A model generated the notes under the pieces. The model did no database searches, was not told the origin of the DNA, and saw only the letters and a list, made by a program, of their open reading frames with translations. This document shows positions 18,453-27,057 of a DNA stretch of 64,000 nucleotides, in pieces. The position numbers and the translations under genes were made by a program. The first letter of the stretch is position 1; each line of letters starts with the position of its first letter. Source of the stretch: Methanomassiliicoccales archaeon (GTDB taxonomy: Archaea; Thermoplasmatota; Thermoplasmata; RBG-16-68-12; SOIM01). The stretch is from assembly GCA_030593295.1 (NCBI GenBank), contig JAUVHO010000001.1:49111-113110 (forward strand), given 5' to 3'.

Positions 18453-18620
18453 ATGACCGAGAAAGGAAAGAAGAAAAAGAAGGTAGAGATCGTTTGCGAG
18501 AGGTGTGGAAAAAAGATAGACACGACCAAGTCGTATTATCAGATCAATTACGACAAGGGAGAAGATGTCATAGACAGGTTTGAGTGTTCTCCGTGCTATC
18601 TTGCACACGTGAATATCTGA
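18453..18620 (+). CDS. Small Lys-rich zinc-ribbon protein
   Basis: 'CERCG..(27)..CSPC'. GAGGAGG lies 10 nt upstream of ATG 18453; the ORF track start at 18435 is less likely. It is divergent from the TA operon. Confidence 0.4.
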   Translation: MTEKGKKKKKVEIVCERCGKKIDTTKSYYQINYDKGEDVIDRFECSPCYLAHVNI

Positions 18621-18760
18621 GCAAAAGAGAAATTACTGTTATCGTTGTTAGAAGTGCGTTCAGAGCCTTGGCTTATGTCTCATGCGCTCTCTTAGGCAGG
18701 AGGCGAAGGCGAGAAGTTGAAAGAAGCCCACAGAAAACGTAAACCCAACTTCTAACATGT

Positions 18761-19198
18761 ATGGCGAATCCTTATGTAGCGCCGGATCGTTTTCTCTTTA
18801 TGCATAAGGATTCGTTGCGGTGGGAGGAATATACCCATACCTCAATTCTAGGAGTCATCTTGGTAGTCTCATGGCTTGTCATCTTCGTCAATGGAGTCCT
18901 TATCTATTCCGAGAATCACCATGAGGCTCAACATTGCCGTGCAATCGAAGATGGGTCGCCAAACGCAGCATGTTCGAGAGCTGAGACTTACGAGGTCATT
19001 GGAATTGCAATGGCAGTCTTTGCATTCATTGCCATCGTTATTGGAATAATCATAGTCGTTCTTGCAGGAGATAGCGTCGAATTCACTTGTCCGCGCTGCC
19101 AGATGTCCAAGAGAATAGGCGTACGATCTGTACCAACTAGCTGTCCTAATTGCGGTCTACAAGTTGGGGAATTTGAAAGCTATCAGAGCAGGGGATGA
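18761..19198 (+). CDS. Two-TM protein with C-terminal zinc ribbon
   Basis: TM1, a Cys-containing loop, TM2, then 'CPRCQ..(14)..CPNCG'. Confidence 0.55.
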   Translation: MANPYVAPDRFLFMHKDSLRWEEYTHTSILGVILVVSWLVIFVNGVLIYSENHHEAQHCRAIEDGSPNAACSRAETYEVIGIAMAVFAFIAIVIGIIIVVLAGDSVEFTCPRCQMSKRIGVRSVPTSCPNCGLQVGEFESYQSRG

Positions 19199-19232
19199 GC
19201 GTATGAGAGGCACAAGCCGAGGTTCTAAAGGG

Positions 19233-19643
19233 CTATTGCTTCTTCTTGCGTCTTTGGTATCTCCCAATGAGAACAACCTCTATCGCAATTGCTGTGAAAA
19301 GCAAAATCCAGGCGATATCTCTCCATAAGCCACCAAAGACGAATATTATGGACAACATGAAATCAATGGCAAATGCGCTGGTCATAATCAATAAGAAATA
19401 TCTAGATCCGACAATATCCCTTTGTTCTTGTGTAGGAAGAACCTTTGGATATACTCCCACAACGAGAAGAATCGCACTTAGGTTAAGGAAAACGAATGGC
19501 ATGAGAGAATAGACAAGCCCGTCGTCGATGTAAGGAAAGTACAAATAGGCGAGAACGAGAAAGGTAATCCCCATTGTGAGAGAAAATGCCCTTCCCCATG
19601 GTGATGCCAACGGAATTTCTTTGCTCACTCCTATCTCCTCCAA
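19233..19643 (-). CDS. Four-TM membrane protein, unknown function
   Basis: 136-aa ORF with four hydrophobic helices and a basic C-terminus 'RYQRRKKKQ'. Confidence 0.5.
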   Translation of the reverse strand: MEEIGVSKEIPLASPWGRAFSLTMGITFLVLAYLYFPYIDDGLVYSLMPFVFLNLSAILLVVGVYPKVLPTQEQRDIVGSRYFLLIMTSAFAIDFMLSIIFVFGGLWRDIAWILLFTAIAIEVVLIGRYQRRKKKQ

Positions 19644-19763
19644 AGACCGCTCACCGATCTCGCTAGTGTTGATGACACAGCGGTTAAAAGTGAATCGATG
19701 CAGGGCTATTTCAATTCATCGTGAAAAGCATAATAAGGTATCTGGGCATTTTAAAGAAGAGGG

Positions 19764-20714
19764 ATGGCAGTGTCGATTCGTGAGAGAATCGGAAAAGTAG
19801 GAAAGAAAAGAATCGTAGCAGTAATCATTGTCATGCTCCTCGTTCTGGCAGTTCCACTCTGGATTCTCCTGCAACCCAAATCCACTCCTGATTTCGTCCA
19901 GTCAAGAGGAGTCAAGTGGCACGTTTTCCTAGAGGAGCCTATTCAGTTTGATGAAGTCAGACCGATTATCACCGTTTTCGTATCCCAGGTGGACACTCTT
20001 TTCAAAATTCGTACTGATTCTATCCTGTATGAATACCTTGAGGATGATGGCGTGGACGACTACTCTCGTTCTGAAGACAGTCGTCGAAGGTTCCCATCCC
20101 CGGAAAGCGGACCTGTCGAAGTACCCATTTATTTCTTGACAGGCTTTGGTAGCGGGTCAGAATTCGGTTGGGGTGAGAGAAATCCCCAGCATTTCATATG
20201 GACGAATGACCTATGGTTCAAGATTGTCATTCCAAGCAGAGGTCGAGATCACTATCTAACGGGAAATTCAGATACCCTTATCACATTGCTTCATGAATTC
20301 GGACACAACATGGGATTGAAAGACCTAAGAGAAGGCGGAGATGTTACTGGATGTTCCCATTTGTTGGTTGTCATGGGGAACAAGGTGATGAATCTGACCC
20401 TTGAGAAGGATGAGGAATATTATCACCCTCAATATGAGGATCCTCTGATCAACAGGACAAGGACCATTGAAATCATGGACGAGGGGCAACCATCCGTCTT
20501 GTTTCTTGTGGAAGAGGTCTACTTTGAGAACAACATCCTACATTTCATCTCGTACAGCATGGATGTTCAAGGAAGGGTTCATCTAGTTGGCCTTGAGGCT
20601 CATGTAGCTGACCTCGAGCAGCTTAGAGGTCTGTGGACAAAAGAGGAAGCCGCTTTCATTGGTATGGAAGGAGAGTTCGAGCTCCCCTGTCCTCAGGAGT
20701 TTGGAAAAGGATAA
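19764..20714 (+). CDS. Membrane-anchored putative zinc metalloprotease (metzincin-like HExxHxxGxxD)
   Basis: N-terminal TM anchor 'IVAVIIVMLLVLAVPLWILL' and motif 'LLHEFGHNMGLKD'. Confidence 0.55.
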   Translation: MAVSIRERIGKVGKKRIVAVIIVMLLVLAVPLWILLQPKSTPDFVQSRGVKWHVFLEEPIQFDEVRPIITVFVSQVDTLFKIRTDSILYEYLEDDGVDDYSRSEDSRRRFPSPESGPVEVPIYFLTGFGSGSEFGWGERNPQHFIWTNDLWFKIVIPSRGRDHYLTGNSDTLITLLHEFGHNMGLKDLREGGDVTGCSHLLVVMGNKVMNLTLEKDEEYYHPQYEDPLINRTRTIEIMDEGQPSVLFLVEEVYFENNILHFISYSMDVQGRVHLVGLEAHVADLEQLRGLWTKEEAAFIGMEGEFELPCPQEFGKG

Positions 20715-21454
20715 GAGGCTTCCCTTAGAGATCTCTCAACGACCTCTATGCTCTCTCCAGTCTGCTTCGACATCCACTCGACAAAACCAATGAGCTCAAT
20801 CCCTTGATTGACCTCCTTCCTGATGATTCTATGCGATTCTCCAACGACAGGAGAGAACTCCCCTGTCAGAGCAGATTCAGAGAAAATGTCAACTATAGTG
20901 CTCACCGCTCCGTTCAAGCCTACAGCAGCCTTTGCGCATCCAGGATAGATCTTGTCGACTTGTCTTGGGCTTGCCTTTCCGCCTAACTCATCCAATGAGG
21001 TTATGGCCGGGCACAAGCCTTCTCCTAGCGACCTAATCCGATTGCCCACCGTGGATATCGGAAAGGACATGCAGTGAAGCGGTCGATCATCATAGACTTT
21101 GCATCTACTCCGTTCATCGAGAAAAGGGCAATCGTCATGATCCATATTCCATACTAGGACCAATACTCTGTCTGATCTGCTATCTTTTGCAGCCATAAAG
21201 GGCGTATAGCGGAAAACGATACCCATCTTCTCTGCCATTCTATCCAATTGCCTTGCTTCCCAATCAAGCAAAAGGATTGTCATTCGTGCAGGAATCGTCA
21301 GATAATATATGCCAATGGTACGAGACAATTGCTTGATCTTTGAGAGGTATTCAGGCAACCTGGATTTGTTTAGATTTCCACGGAGATTCCTACAGCACTC
21401 GCCACAGTCTTCGATGCACTTGAATTTCTCTCCTCCTTGACTCATCTGCCTCAT
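20693..21454 (-). CDS. YkgJ-type CxxCxxCC cysteine-cluster (zinc/iron-chelating) domain protein
   Basis: 'KCIEDCGECCRNL' near the N-terminus and further Cys ('DDCPFLDERSRCKVYDDRPLHC'). ATG 21454 forms an ATGA overlap with the upstream gene's stop. Confidence 0.65.
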   Translation of the reverse strand: MRQMSQGGEKFKCIEDCGECCRNLRGNLNKSRLPEYLSKIKQLSRTIGIYYLTIPARMTILLLDWEARQLDRMAEKMGIVFRYTPFMAAKDSRSDRVLVLVWNMDHDDCPFLDERSRCKVYDDRPLHCMSFPISTVGNRIRSLGEGLCPAITSLDELGGKASPRQVDKIYPGCAKAAVGLNGAVSTIVDIFSESALTGEFSPVVGESHRIIRKEVNQGIELIGFVEWMSKQTGESIEVVERSLREASYPFPNS

Positions 21455-21837
21455 CCCCAATAACTGTATGTGGTTATGCAACTTGGGTCTCCATCGAACT
21501 GTAACCACTCAAGCACAAATTCAATGTTCCTCCCATTAGCGGGAACATCATCCGACATCTCGCAAACCCATGCCAGTGTGAAAACCGTTTCTTCCGTGAA
21601 CTCTCCTCTCCAGGACCCTCCTGGCGGGATCTCCCCCTTTTCCTCAAACTTGCCATCGCAACCGGGAACGCAATCTGCCTTCAACCATATTTTTTGGTCA
21701 GCACCAGTGGTGTTCTTGACAATAATAATTGTCTTGTCCGAGTCTGATCTGGGGGAAAGGTTCATAGCCGCCACCAAGACCAATACAAAGATGACGAAAA
21801 CACCCACTCCCATTGCCCATTTGGTTGTTTCTTTCAT
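21451..21837 (-). CDS. Membrane-anchored or secreted small protein, unknown function
   Basis: N-terminal hydrophobic helix 'WAMGVGVFVIFVLVLVAAM' and a Cys-containing ectodomain of about 95 aa. Confidence 0.5.
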   Translation of the reverse strand: MKETTKWAMGVGVFVIFVLVLVAAMNLSPRSDSDKTIIIVKNTTGADQKIWLKADCVPGCDGKFEEKGEIPPGGSWRGEFTEETVFTLAWVCEMSDDVPANGRNIEFVLEWLQFDGDPSCITTYSYWG

Positions 21838-21845
21838 GCCATCAC

Positions 21846-22370
21846 CTATTCCTTTTGGAATATCACTCCGCCTCTAATCCACCTGAACCTATCTTTCGAC
21901 ATCTTGAGGGCTCCCCACCTCTTGAGAACAGTCGGATAAACCCTCAAGCTTTTGCTTTCATCATCAAACCTAGGCTCCGCCATACCTTTCACTGTTTGGT
22001 CCTTGAGATCAACTACTAGCAATCCCATCTGTCTTTCATTGCATTTTGTTTGAATCTTCACGGGGTCCAGTCTGTGAATAGTGTGCGGGATCGCGAGGTA
22101 TTTCAGGTGACCAGGGTACTTCTTGAGCTGGTTCAGACCATGCTTTCGGTGTCTAATTGCATGTTTGAGCTTGTTCTCTATCTCCACGACCTCGATGATA
22201 CAGTCCAATACTCCAGACCCCACAGGACCGTGAACGAATACGAGGTCAGGGGCTCTCATTCCCTTGCCTCTTGGCTCCTCATAGCATAGGAATTTGAATC
22301 CGTCCACATCGTCAAATCTGTGGTAGAGGTAATGACCGATAGGGTCTTTGAGTTTCTGTTCTCTGACCAT
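21846..22370 (-). CDS. Putative PD-(D/E)xK nuclease-fold protein
   Basis: 'APDLVFVHG..(11)..IIEVVEIENK...GLNQLKKY' fits the D...ExK...QLxxY pattern of restriction-endonuclease-like proteins. Motif reading only. Confidence 0.45.
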   Translation of the reverse strand: MVREQKLKDPIGHYLYHRFDDVDGFKFLCYEEPRGKGMRAPDLVFVHGPVGSGVLDCIIEVVEIENKLKHAIRHRKHGLNQLKKYPGHLKYLAIPHTIHRLDPVKIQTKCNERQMGLLVVDLKDQTVKGMAEPRFDDESKSLRVYPTVLKRWGALKMSKDRFRWIRGGVIFQKE

Positions 22371-22380
22371 AGAACCCCCC

Positions 22381-22959
22381 CTATTCGATTGAGATCCATT
22401 CCTTCCATTTCATGTCCCAAAGATATCCGACCCATTCGTTGGGCTTGTCTAGGTAACCGCCAATGATCAGAAGGAATTCAAATGGCTTCTGATTCCTTAG
22501 TGTTCTTGATCTGATACAATCCCCTGCTTCTTTACGAATTGCCTCCGTCGTGGTCCCGTCTGTGTATGTAATCATTATCCTCAACGGAGCCTTTGACACA
22601 AGCAACTTGGGTATCTCTTCGGAGCATATGCCAGCATATTCATTCTCGTGCTCGATGGCTGCAACCGGGTCTTCCCCACCACCATTTTCGTACCATAGGA
22701 AGTCCAAAATGGTGTGTTCCTGACAGCAGTTCAGCTTGTGGGACATACGAGCGAGGAAAACGCCCATATGATAAGTCCATTCAGTAGGTGTCTCCTCTCC
22801 AAGCATTTTGTAATTCCGATAGTGTACCCCAATATCCAATTCGGGGTTCATAGCCGCTTTCACGAATTCTTCCACGAATGTTTTGTACCACTCTTCAGCG
22901 CTTATCATGGTCCCGCCTCTGGAAGACATAGACTCCGAAATATGAAATGCTTGTTGCAA
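22381..22959 (-). CDS. Hypothetical cytoplasmic protein (possible second nuclease-like core 'LDFLWYE..AAIEHENE')
   Basis: 192-aa ORF, 10 nt upstream of the previous gene on the same strand. The true start is probably an internal Met ('MISAEEW'). Confidence 0.45.
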   Translation of the reverse strand: MQQAFHISESMSSRGGTMISAEEWYKTFVEEFVKAAMNPELDIGVHYRNYKMLGEETPTEWTYHMGVFLARMSHKLNCCQEHTILDFLWYENGGGEDPVAAIEHENEYAGICSEEIPKLLVSKAPLRIMITYTDGTTTEAIRKEAGDCIRSRTLRNQKPFEFLLIIGGYLDKPNEWVGYLWDMKWKEWISIE

Positions 22960-23059
22960 TGACGTGTGAGATCACAAGTCGCAAGCGGAAGTTTGAATTG
23001 GATGCGGTCACCACGTCCAAGGGTCTTCATGCATTTGTTCTCTCCAGAAGTCATGAGCT

Positions 23060-23560
23060 CTAAAGCCCCGTCAGCATCTGCAATATTGACTTCTTCTCTT
23101 TGAGTGTTGGTGGATCAATCGCATATGAGAAGTCCTCCTCCTGTGTATGCTCAAGTCCATAGAAGTGGACATCGATATCCCGAATGTCGCCTTCGGGTAT
23201 GTGGTAGTTCTCGTATTCTCTTTGGCCATCAGCGAATACTTCGACATAATAGTATCCTCCAACTCCCTTGTCTCGAATTGTGATAGTGTAGTAGGTAGTA
23301 TAGCCAAAGTCGTCAATATCAGTCTCTACCACTTCATACTTTGATACTTCTGTCTCCATCAAAGGCACAAAAAGCAATACCAAGATCACTATCAAGGCAA
23401 TGATTCCGACAATTGTCTTTCCCATGCTCCTGTTGGTTGATGTTTCTCTGGGAGGTGGTGTTGGTTGTGCTGACCTCCTCTGCTGTGGCGGTGGCATTCG
23501 CCTTTCTACTCTGACTCTTACTCCCCCGTCCGTCAAATCCCTCTCCAAACTCAGAATCAC
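23060..23560 (-). CDS. Membrane-anchored protein, paralog of 16243-16695
   Basis: Pro-rich N-terminus, TM helix 'IVGIIALIVILVLLFVPL', and an ectodomain sharing the motifs listed for 16243-16695. Confidence 0.55.
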   Translation of the reverse strand: MILSLERDLTDGGVRVRVERRMPPPQQRRSAQPTPPPRETSTNRSMGKTIVGIIALIVILVLLFVPLMETEVSKYEVVETDIDDFGYTTYYTITIRDKGVGGYYYVEVFADGQREYENYHIPEGDIRDIDVHFYGLEHTQEEDFSYAIDPPTLKEKKSILQMLTGL

Positions 23561-23682
23561 ATGCTAGTCTAAATAGATTGCTCCAAAGCTCCGAGACGCA
23601 GTTTTCGAAGAAGAACATTTGTTTGCATTCTTCAGAGAGTCGCAGACAATAGGTTATTAACGGCTGAAGAATTCTGTGAATC

Positions 23683-24366
23683 ATGGATAGATACAATATC
23701 ACTTGGCCAGAGCTGAAAGAACACGCTGGCAAGCAGAAACCGCTGATCCTACCCATCGGCTCAGTTGAAGGACATGGAGCCCATCTGCCAATTCTGACGG
23801 ACACTCTGATCGCTTCACTTGTTTCAGAAGAACTTGCAGAGAGAAATGGCTGGATATCCCTACCACCAGTGACATACACAATAGCCGTTCCCGCAAGAAT
23901 CGGAAATGTTGGTATCTCCAAGGAGACATTCGGAAGCTATTTGAGAGAGATTATTGAGCATTTCATAGAATTCGGACAGAAGAGGTTCATTCTGATACTT
24001 GGACACGGTGGTCCGGATATGAAGAAGACAATCAGAGAGGAGGGTACGAAGCTGTGTGACAAGAGGGAGATATCGATCTTCGCCTTCCATATAATGAGAG
24101 TGTTGGAGGATTTGAAACTGGTCGACCAGAGGGAGGACAGACACGCTGGAGAATGGGAGACGAGTGTGATGTTATCGGCGTATGGTGAGCTTGTGGGAGA
24201 CGTTGGCATCTACAGGAGCTCAGAAGACATTAGGAAATACAGTGTGTACGGCGATCCCAGGAAGGCGTCAAAAGCAAGAGGCAGGGATTACTTGGAAAAG
24301 CTTCTCAACAGAATTGAAGAGGAGATGAAGGGTCTGGAACCTGTTGGATTCTCATGCAATTGGTAG
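23683..24366 (+). CDS. Creatininase-family amidohydrolase
   Basis: 'LPIGSVEGHGAHLPILTDTLIA' and 'GHGG' match the creatininase/ArfB-family metal-binding signatures. Confidence 0.8.
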   Translation: MDRYNITWPELKEHAGKQKPLILPIGSVEGHGAHLPILTDTLIASLVSEELAERNGWISLPPVTYTIAVPARIGNVGISKETFGSYLREIIEHFIEFGQKRFILILGHGGPDMKKTIREEGTKLCDKREISIFAFHIMRVLEDLKLVDQREDRHAGEWETSVMLSAYGELVGDVGIYRSSEDIRKYSVYGDPRKASKARGRDYLEKLLNRIEEEMKGLEPVGFSCNW

Positions 24367-24443
24367 TCATCCCTTGCTGAATCTCGACCCATTCAGTCCT
24401 GCTTCAGTTCTTACCCCCAAATCATGTTGCCTGAAGGAAGCTC

Positions 24444-25034
24444 ATGGCGGTTGCCTGGCACCTCCAATGCTTCCCCAAAACGAAATATACATCGAACCCG
24501 ATGTTGAAATCTGTGAGAAGGATCAGTCCGAATGAAGCGCTGGATATTCATGACCGTGAGGGTTGCTTGAAGGATGTCCATGTTGTAGGGGAATTCTGCA
24601 TACCCCTTCTTTTTCCGATAGGGCAAGCCTACAGATTCACCAACTGCTTGTTTGACCATTACATTTCATCAACTGCACTTCATGCAGAACCAGTTGAGTG
24701 GGACCGTTGTGTGTTCAAATCAATAGAGATTGATGCCGGCGTCTACTTCATCAAGGGTTTAACATGCCTTGACAGCGAGTTTCTTAGTGAGGTGCTCTTC
24801 GACTCAGGAGGCCACAACAGCCCTGAGACACCCATTCTATTTGAGCGTGTCAAGTTCCTTCGATTTGTCGATTTCTGGGATTGTTGGTTCAAGGGTCCCA
24901 TCATCTTTCGAGACGTTGAATTTACAGAGGGAACGAACCTACTAGCAGAGAAGGAAGGGTATGTGGAGTTCGAATATCCTCCTGTTCTGGAGAATGTGCA
25001 AGGAACGTTGGATGTCCCAAGGAATCTAGCTTAG
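24444..25034 (+). CDS. Hypothetical protein (possible beta-helix repeat)
   Basis: 196-aa ORF. Loosely periodic 'F..V.F...V.F..C.F.G...F.DV.F' in the C-terminal half. The start is uncertain. Confidence 0.4.
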   Translation: MAVAWHLQCFPKTKYTSNPMLKSVRRISPNEALDIHDREGCLKDVHVVGEFCIPLLFPIGQAYRFTNCLFDHYISSTALHAEPVEWDRCVFKSIEIDAGVYFIKGLTCLDSEFLSEVLFDSGGHNSPETPILFERVKFLRFVDFWDCWFKGPIIFRDVEFTEGTNLLAEKEGYVEFEYPPVLENVQGTLDVPRNLA

Positions 25035-25133
25035 TCAAGAATGTGTGACATGCCGGCTCGATGATAAAGGTCGCACCCCCGTTAATGGAGAAGTGACCCA
25101 GCGTGGTCGAAAAAGAGAAGAAATGGGACCAGA

Positions 25134-25218
25134 TGCGGAGGCGAGGATTCGAACCCCGGAACTCCTTCGAGACTAGACCCTGAATCTAGCGCCGTTGACC
25201 AGACTTGGCTACCTCCGC
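25134..25218 (-). tRNA. tRNA-Leu (anticodon CAG)
   Basis: Hand-folded cloverleaf. Acceptor GCGGAGG/CCTCCGC, anticodon arm CTAGA-TTCAGGG-TCTAG, long variable arm, T-arm CGGGG-TTCGAAT-CCTCG, discriminator A. CCA is not encoded. Confidence 0.9.
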
Positions 25219-25272
25219 ACGTACAGCCCAATCTTCACCACCGTAATGCAAACAAGGATACAAGAAACCATA

Positions 25273-25971
25273 CTAGCAGCTGGCCATCCAGTCCTCATCA
25301 AAGTCCTCGAATTCCTCTACCTCAAAATCACCCATCATGACCATCATGGGCTTCAAAACCTTCTTCCATTCTTCACGTGGGACGAGCCTCTTGGACTGGC
25401 TCATATATGTGATTTTACTGCCCAGTATTCCAGCATGTGGGTTGAGATAGGTGTCCACGAACTTCTTCACGGTCGTCTCGCCTCTGCAATAGACGGAATA
25501 CCAGATATCCCTTCCAAACCCACGGAATACATGCGCCAAGTAGGCGGGAGAGAACCCCTTGTTTGGCTTGAAGTTGGATAGGAATTCGTACACTTCATCG
25601 AGACGGTTTGGGTCTGCTTCCACCGAGATGGAGAACCTCTTCATGTCGCGTGGTGTTCCTTTTACAGGAATGAAGAACCTCGGATTCACAAGTGGGATGA
25701 CTCTGATCCCTTCCACTTCCTTCATCGGGGCCACGTGTTTGGAAATGTAGTTCCCAACCACATCCAGGTTCTTGGCGTCAAGGACGAGGCTGACATCCTC
25801 CTGAAGACTCCTGTGTGTGAGATAGACCGCCCTCGCCCCGTTTCCACCCCACTTCTTGTGGTTCCTAACAATTCTTCTCCAAACCTTGTCTATGTTTGCG
25901 GTCTGAAGAGAGACCACTCCCCTGCTGGACGTTTCTTTTAGTCTGATCTTCACGCGTACGATTGCGAGCAT
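25273..25971 (-). CDS. Hypothetical protein (possibly two Lrp/AsnC-ligand-binding-like alpha/beta halves)
   Basis: 232-aa ORF with an acidic C-terminus 'DFEVEEFEDFDEDW'. The domain guess comes from the pattern only. Confidence 0.5.
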   Translation of the reverse strand: MLAIVRVKIRLKETSSRGVVSLQTANIDKVWRRIVRNHKKWGGNGARAVYLTHRSLQEDVSLVLDAKNLDVVGNYISKHVAPMKEVEGIRVIPLVNPRFFIPVKGTPRDMKRFSISVEADPNRLDEVYEFLSNFKPNKGFSPAYLAHVFRGFGRDIWYSVYCRGETTVKKFVDTYLNPHAGILGSKITYMSQSKRLVPREEWKKVLKPMMVMMGDFEVEEFEDFDEDWMASC

Positions 25972-26078
25972 ATTATGCCCCCTAACTCCCCATTACAAAG
26001 AAGTTGAGTTGACCTCCGTTGGTCATTTTCGAAACGGTTTGAGTCTATTTATTTGTTTCTTTCACCAATTCCTGTTTC

Positions 26079-27002
26079 TTAGATTCTATCTCTTTCGCTC
26101 TCCGATTGCTCAGAGATCAGTGGCTCCTGCTCCCTTCTGCGCTTGGAGATGGCGACCATCATAACGACAAATGCGATGATGACGATTACCAGCACTATCA
26201 ACAACCAGAGGTAATCCATGATATCCGAGAAGAGATCTCCATCCCCGCTAGGGGCAGTAAAGGAGTAGGACTTCAGGTTCATGGTCCTCATGGAAACCCC
26301 GGTGGAATTGTACAGACGCGACTTCACCATGTACCCAGACTTTGTGGACATGTACGTATAGGTGGTATTGCCATCGACCTCAGTCGCCTTGATCACATAG
26401 GTCGAGAACTTACCGGCTGCAACTTCCACGGTCTCCTTTGATTCGACCTCGAAATCCGTGGTCACAGAAACCGTCGCACTGGTAGAGTTAACCTCCATCA
26501 AATCAGTAATGATTTCCACGCTGAATGTGGTGCTGGTGGTTGCAGACCAAGTGTCGCCCTCTTTGATCGGGAAGTCAAATCCGTTCAGTGGCGGATCGTA
26601 CGAGATATTCATGAAAGCGGAGAAGTAATCTCCAGAAATGAAATCTGGGATGTCAAAATCCACCATCATGCTCTCCTTCACGGTCGCCAGATCAGATACC
26701 CTCATGTAGATGAGCCCGTCCAAGGTATATTCGAACATGCCCAGGGTCCCTCCGAAAGAAGCGTTACCTTCTCCAGATAGGGACACATCATAGACTTGGT
26801 GACCGGAATACTGGGTCTCACCCTGAACCTCGTAGGTCCAGTCGCCGTACAGGGTCGCCATATCCTCCAACTTGAAGTTAACAGAGTAGACCCACTTGTC
26901 ACCAGCATTGAATTCGGGCAAGTTCATATCGGCCAACACTGGGATTGGTATTGTCGTCAAAACAGCCAGAGCACAAATCAGAAGAACGAACCACCTTACC
27001 AT
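26079..27002 (-). CDS. Secreted protein with signal peptide and C-terminal TM anchor
   Basis: N-terminus 'MVRWFVLLICALAVLTTIPIPVLA'. C-terminal helix 'LWLLIVLVIVIIAFVVMMVAI' followed by 'SKRRRE'. Confidence 0.6.
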   Translation of the reverse strand: MVRWFVLLICALAVLTTIPIPVLADMNLPEFNAGDKWVYSVNFKLEDMATLYGDWTYEVQGETQYSGHQVYDVSLSGEGNASFGGTLGMFEYTLDGLIYMRVSDLATVKESMMVDFDIPDFISGDYFSAFMNISYDPPLNGFDFPIKEGDTWSATTSTTFSVEIITDLMEVNSTSATVSVTTDFEVESKETVEVAAGKFSTYVIKATEVDGNTTYTYMSTKSGYMVKSRLYNSTGVSMRTMNLKSYSFTAPSGDGDLFSDIMDYLWLLIVLVIVIIAFVVMMVAISKRRREQEPLISEQSESERDRI

Positions 27003-27057
27003 TGCAGATCGACCTTATCACATCAAGTGATTGCAAATGAAAAGTCTTTTGGCTCGG

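Noticed and set aside
22960-23053. Small Cys-containing minus-strand ORF ('MTSGENKCMKTLGRGD...') between two island genes
   Set aside because: It overlaps the probable 5' end of the 22381-22959 gene in another frame. It has no Shine-Dalgarno sequence or promoter signal and is too short to support.
15640-25133. Direct repeat of the tRNA-Leu 3' end marking the far border of the island
   Set aside because: I scanned for 'gcggaggcgaggattcgaacc'-like strings by eye and found none. A proper computational search is still needed.
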